Shown piece after piece: positions 51,063 through 53,100 of a DNA stretch of 53,100 bases. The stretch comes from Kiritimatiellia bacterium (lineage in GTDB: Bacteria > Verrucomicrobiota > Kiritimatiellia > RFP12 > UBA1067). The notes under the pieces were generated by a model. That model saw nothing but the letters and a program-made list of their open reading frames with translations. It was not told the DNA's origin and searched no databases. The translations under genes were made by a program, and so were the position numbers. The stretch covers positions 1 through 53,100 of the forward strand of contig JAWOEI010000093.1 in the NCBI GenBank assembly GCA_046482825.1. Reading direction: 5' to 3'. Positions within the stretch are counted from its first letter, which is position 1; each line of letters opens with the position of its first letter.

Positions 51063-53100
51063 TTGAAGAACACTTGTGTCGTGACACTGTGCACTTTATT
51101 TCTGATGGTGCTGCCAGCCTTTCCCCAGGTTGATGTTGATGATCCCGTGGCCTATTGGAGTTTTGATGATATGTCCACTCTTCTTTCAAATCGAGTGACC
51201 TCCGGTAAGTTTCATAACGCAGCAACGCTGATCGGACAACCCGGCGTCGGGCTCGCTGATGGTGCTGCTGGTATTGTAGGCAACGCTATGTTGCTGGATG
51301 GACACAGTGCCATAGACCTTCCATATCATCAGGATAATCTGGGAAGATCTTTCACTATTTCCTTCTGGTATTGGCAGCAGACGAATGACACACGCCAGTG
51401 CATTTTCCAGTCGCGGGATAACTATATTTGTTCGCATGAAAATGGCTATGACCCACCTTATGAAGAATTTGCATGTTATGTCGGGCAGAAGTATATTGGC
51501 AAAGTTTCATCAGATTTGCAGAAATGGATTCACCTGACGCATGTCTTTTCCTTAGAAGAAAATACAGTCAGGCTGTCGGTATATACAAACGGAGTACAGG
51601 CATTGACCGGTTCAGCAAATGCCATTGAAATGTTCGAAGTATATCGTTTGAGGGGATTGCATATAGGCGCTTATCGTTTTGCGAATGAAGACGAACCGGG
51701 AGGTAACCGCGCTTTCAAGGGTATGATTGACGAGCTGGCATTATGGGACCGTGCGCTATCGGAATCTGAGGTTCAGGCAATTTACCAGCGTGGAACAGGT
51801 GGGGGAAAGCTGGAGTTCACCACTGAAGATATACCGATTATCGAACTTGACGGGATAGAGCGCTGCTTTGAACTTAATGTCTCGAATGGAATTTCTGCCA
51901 GTGTATTATACAACGGCTGGCTGGCTGACAGGATTCAAGATCCGATGTATCCCAGTATTGTTGAAGATACAGCTGTATTTACTAATCCTATTCCCGACAC
52001 TGCTGGTCATGTTGACGGTCCTTTTGATGCCGAGGCCACTGATTTCGGATGGCATATTCCCCTGACCGGGGCTTTTCAAACATTACCACAGTCCGATTTT
52101 ACGATTGAGGCCTGGGTTCGCCGAATCGAAAGCGGAGACTATTCTAATGACATCATAGCCGGTAATTTTTTCTCAGAGAACCTTGGCGTCATTAATTTCC
52201 AACTGCAGGGAAATACTCTACGTCTCTATCTTAAGGATGCGGCGGGAACCGTGAATGATATAACGGGTAACAGCACCGAGCTTCTGGAAAGCGGTATTTT
52301 GGATGGAAAGTGGCACCACGTAATCGGAATGGTAAACGGCTCCACAAATTACCTCTATCTGGACGGCGAGGAACTGAAACGTCAGGAATCAACAATCGGT
52401 GCCTATAGCCTCGGAGGTGACTATTATTATCTTGGAGATGATGCTCGCGAACAAACTTGGGGGGAGTATGATGGTGAAATGGGAGATGTACGTTTTTGGA
52501 AGCGTGCGTTGAGCACTAATGAGATTGCGAATCTTGCCGATGCCGGCAAACCGGGATTTCAAGGTCTGTCAAAAACGGATCTTCTCGCTGAATATGCCTT
52601 GTATGAAGCTTTCGATGCTGTTAATGCTTTTCCAAAACTCAAAGTGTCTCTTGATGAACCGCTTCTGCGACAATTTACAATGACCAATTTTTCTGTCGAA
52701 GCGGTCTTTCGCACCAAAGATCTGGATCGCAGTACTCTCCTTGGGAATTACGTTGATAATAAACATAATGTCCTTAATCTCGAGCTGATAGGCACTAATG
52801 ATATCAGAATCGTTCTCATAAATAATGGAGAAGCGGATTGCTTTATGAGACGTTCCCCCAATAATATTAACACGCGGGATGGGCAGTGGCATAGACTGGT
52901 TGCAGTCCGACGCGATGGCATGGCATATCTGTATCTTGACGGAGAGCAACAGGGGGAAGCGCAAAATGATTCAACCGGAGCCTTTAAATTGGATACTGAC
53001 TACATCTATTTTGAAAGAGATGCACGAAATTACGCGCCCTATACCCTGGAAGAAGGTAGCGTAAGTGACATCCGGTTCTGGAATCGCGCACTGAGCAATG
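51063..53100 (+). CDS. Large secreted protein with at least three LamG/concanavalin-A-like domains; partial, runs off the window (absent from the ORF track)
   Basis: Manual translation gives a signal-like LKNTCVVTLCTLFLMVLPAFP, VAYWSFDD, then three repeats: FTISFW..WIHL..FKGMIDELALWDRALS, FTIEAWV..WHHV..LYLDG..GDVRFWKRALS, and FSVEAVF..WHRL..LYLDG..SDIRFWNRALS. The start is ambiguous (TTG 51063, or ATG 51031 via frameshift). Confidence 0.85.
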   Translation, partial: MKNTCVVTLCTLFLMVLPAFPQVDVDDPVAYWSFDDMSTLLSNRVTSGKFHNAATLIGQPGVGLADGAAGIVGNAMLLDGHSAIDLPYHQDNLGRSFTISFWYWQQTNDTRQCIFQSRDNYICSHENGYDPPYEEFACYVGQKYIGKVSSDLQKWIHLTHVFSLEENTVRLSVYTNGVQALTGSANAIEMFEVYRLRGLHIGAYRFANEDEPGGNRAFKGMIDELALWDRALSESEVQAIYQRGTGGGKLEFTTEDIPIIELDGIERCFELNVSNGISASVLYNGWLADRIQDPMYPSIVEDTAVFTNPIPDTAGHVDGPFDAEATDFGWHIPLTGAFQTLPQSDFTIEAWVRRIESGDYSNDIIAGNFFSENLGVINFQLQGNTLRLYLKDAAGTVNDITGNSTELLESGILDGKWHHVIGMVNGSTNYLYLDGEELKRQESTIGAYSLGGDYYYLGDDAREQTWGEYDGEMGDVRFWKRALSTNEIANLADAGKPGFQGLSKTDLLAEYALYEAFDAVNAFPKLKVSLDEPLLRQFTMTNFSVEAVFRTKDLDRSTLLGNYVDNKHNVLNLELIGTNDIRIVLINNGEADCFMRRSPNNINTRDGQWHRLVAVRRDGMAYLYLDGEQQGEAQNDSTGAFKLDTDYIYFERDARNYAPYTLEEGSVSDIRFWNRALSN

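Noticed and set aside
50584-51225. 213-aa minus-strand ORF as a real gene
   Set aside because: It is a patchwork of LamG antisense, intergenic DNA, IS leader, ~27 IS30 codons and REP-derived tail.

Overview
Bacterial chromosomal window, mostly housekeeping and envelope genes. Gene content and repeat style suggest a PVC-superphylum organism, probably Kiritimatiellae/Verrucomicrobia-like (inference). The first ~1.1 kb is a markedly more GC-rich, 3'-truncated UvrD/PcrA gene that looks like a different genome joined on. A long minus-strand block follows (parA, plant-type leuCD, uvrB, GH78 rhamnosidase, tatD, DHOD-like, argJBDG, TetR-RND efflux operon, dnaB). After it comes a mostly plus-strand block: a degenerate NagB homologue, a sigma54 two-component system divergent from a membrane-anchored Hsp20-domain gene, a GldAFG-like ABC system, a MoxR-DUF58-Bat (VWA/TPR/BatD) operon and suhB. 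The window ends with accAD, an IS30 remnant and a multi-LamG secreted protein that runs off the right edge and is missing from the ORF track. Best candidate for an undescribed system: a zraP/zraSR-like divergent sigma54 module (two -24/-12 promoters and a tandem enhancer are visible) whose target is a transmembrane small heat-shock protein, placed directly upstream of a 15-kb Gld-ABC plus MoxR/Bat envelope cluster. Also notable: a composite GTAG-type REP unit repeated 49 kb apart (65 bp identical, one copy with a nested 39-bp element), two telomere-like G4 motifs, and a T7 tract that puts the LamG gene's likely start out of frame. All family assignments come from motif recognition by eye; no database searches were run.
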